DNA of 64,000 nt. Origin: Raja brachyura. Lineage: Eukaryota. This document shows positions 63,626 to 64,000 of this stretch, piece by piece. The translations under genes were made by a program, and so were the position numbers. The DNA lies in NCBI GenBank assembly GCA_963514005.1, contig OY740827.1, positions 2,542,001 through 2,606,000 on the forward strand. The letters are read 5' to 3'. The notes under the pieces were generated by a model, which saw only the letters and a list, made by a program, of their open reading frames with translations, was not told where the DNA came from and ran no database searches. Position 1 is the first letter of the stretch. Each line of letters starts with the position of its first letter.

Positions 63626-64000
63626 GCGCTGTATCTAAACTAATCTAAAGCCTTCCCATTACATTCCCGTCCAAATATCTTGTAAAAGTCACGATTTTGT
63701 CCTTTCTAAAGCTTCCTTTTTTTAAAAATTTCAAAATATACTTTATTCGAGAAATAAATATATCCAATGCATGATCCTTACAAGACTCCATCTAACATTC
63801 TCGGAGGCTATACATACATTCAATAATGTTTACACAAATTAATCCCCGCCACCCTTGCCACTCATGTGGCCCACTGGCGTGGAATCCCTTCCCTTATTTT
63901 TGAGGGGCGTCTCCACCACACCCTGCCCCCCCATGTCCAGCAGCGGAAGGACCCTAGACCGTGGTCCTTCCTCACTGAGCCTTTTTTAAAATTATTTTTA

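Overview
Eukaryotic, repeat-dense genomic DNA, most likely from a cartilaginous fish (skate/ray; inferred from HE1-type V-SINEs and HER1/CR1 tails). One host gene is on the + strand: a Siglec-family, MAG-like receptor with a putative 5'UTR exon ending at 15628 and 10 coding exons from 22091 to 61949. These encode a signal peptide, a V-set domain with the essential Arg, a C2 domain, three near-identical Ig exons, a MAG-D5-like Ig domain, a TM helix and an ITIM tail. The 10 coding exons splice in phase to 2211 nt (736 codons plus stop), but the membrane-proximal Ig exon carries an in-frame TAA (52348-52350). One Ig exon was gained by a ~5.1-kb tandem duplication, and the Ig exons show exon-limited homogenisation. 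The rest is mobile DNA: three DIRS1-type tyrosine-recombinase retrotransposons (one near intact), two L1-clade LINEs, many CR1 fragments (one young, 868-aa ORF), a Rex1/Babar LINE, Penelope remnants with hammerhead-ribozyme cores, V-SINEs, two MITEs and a non-autonomous Helitron, plus a 246-N gap. The most novel candidate is a conserved set of splice sites in the DIRS elements that would give Gag, RT-RH-MT and the recombinase from one transcript, with the recombinase sharing the Pol start codon. All coordinates and alignments were done by eye.
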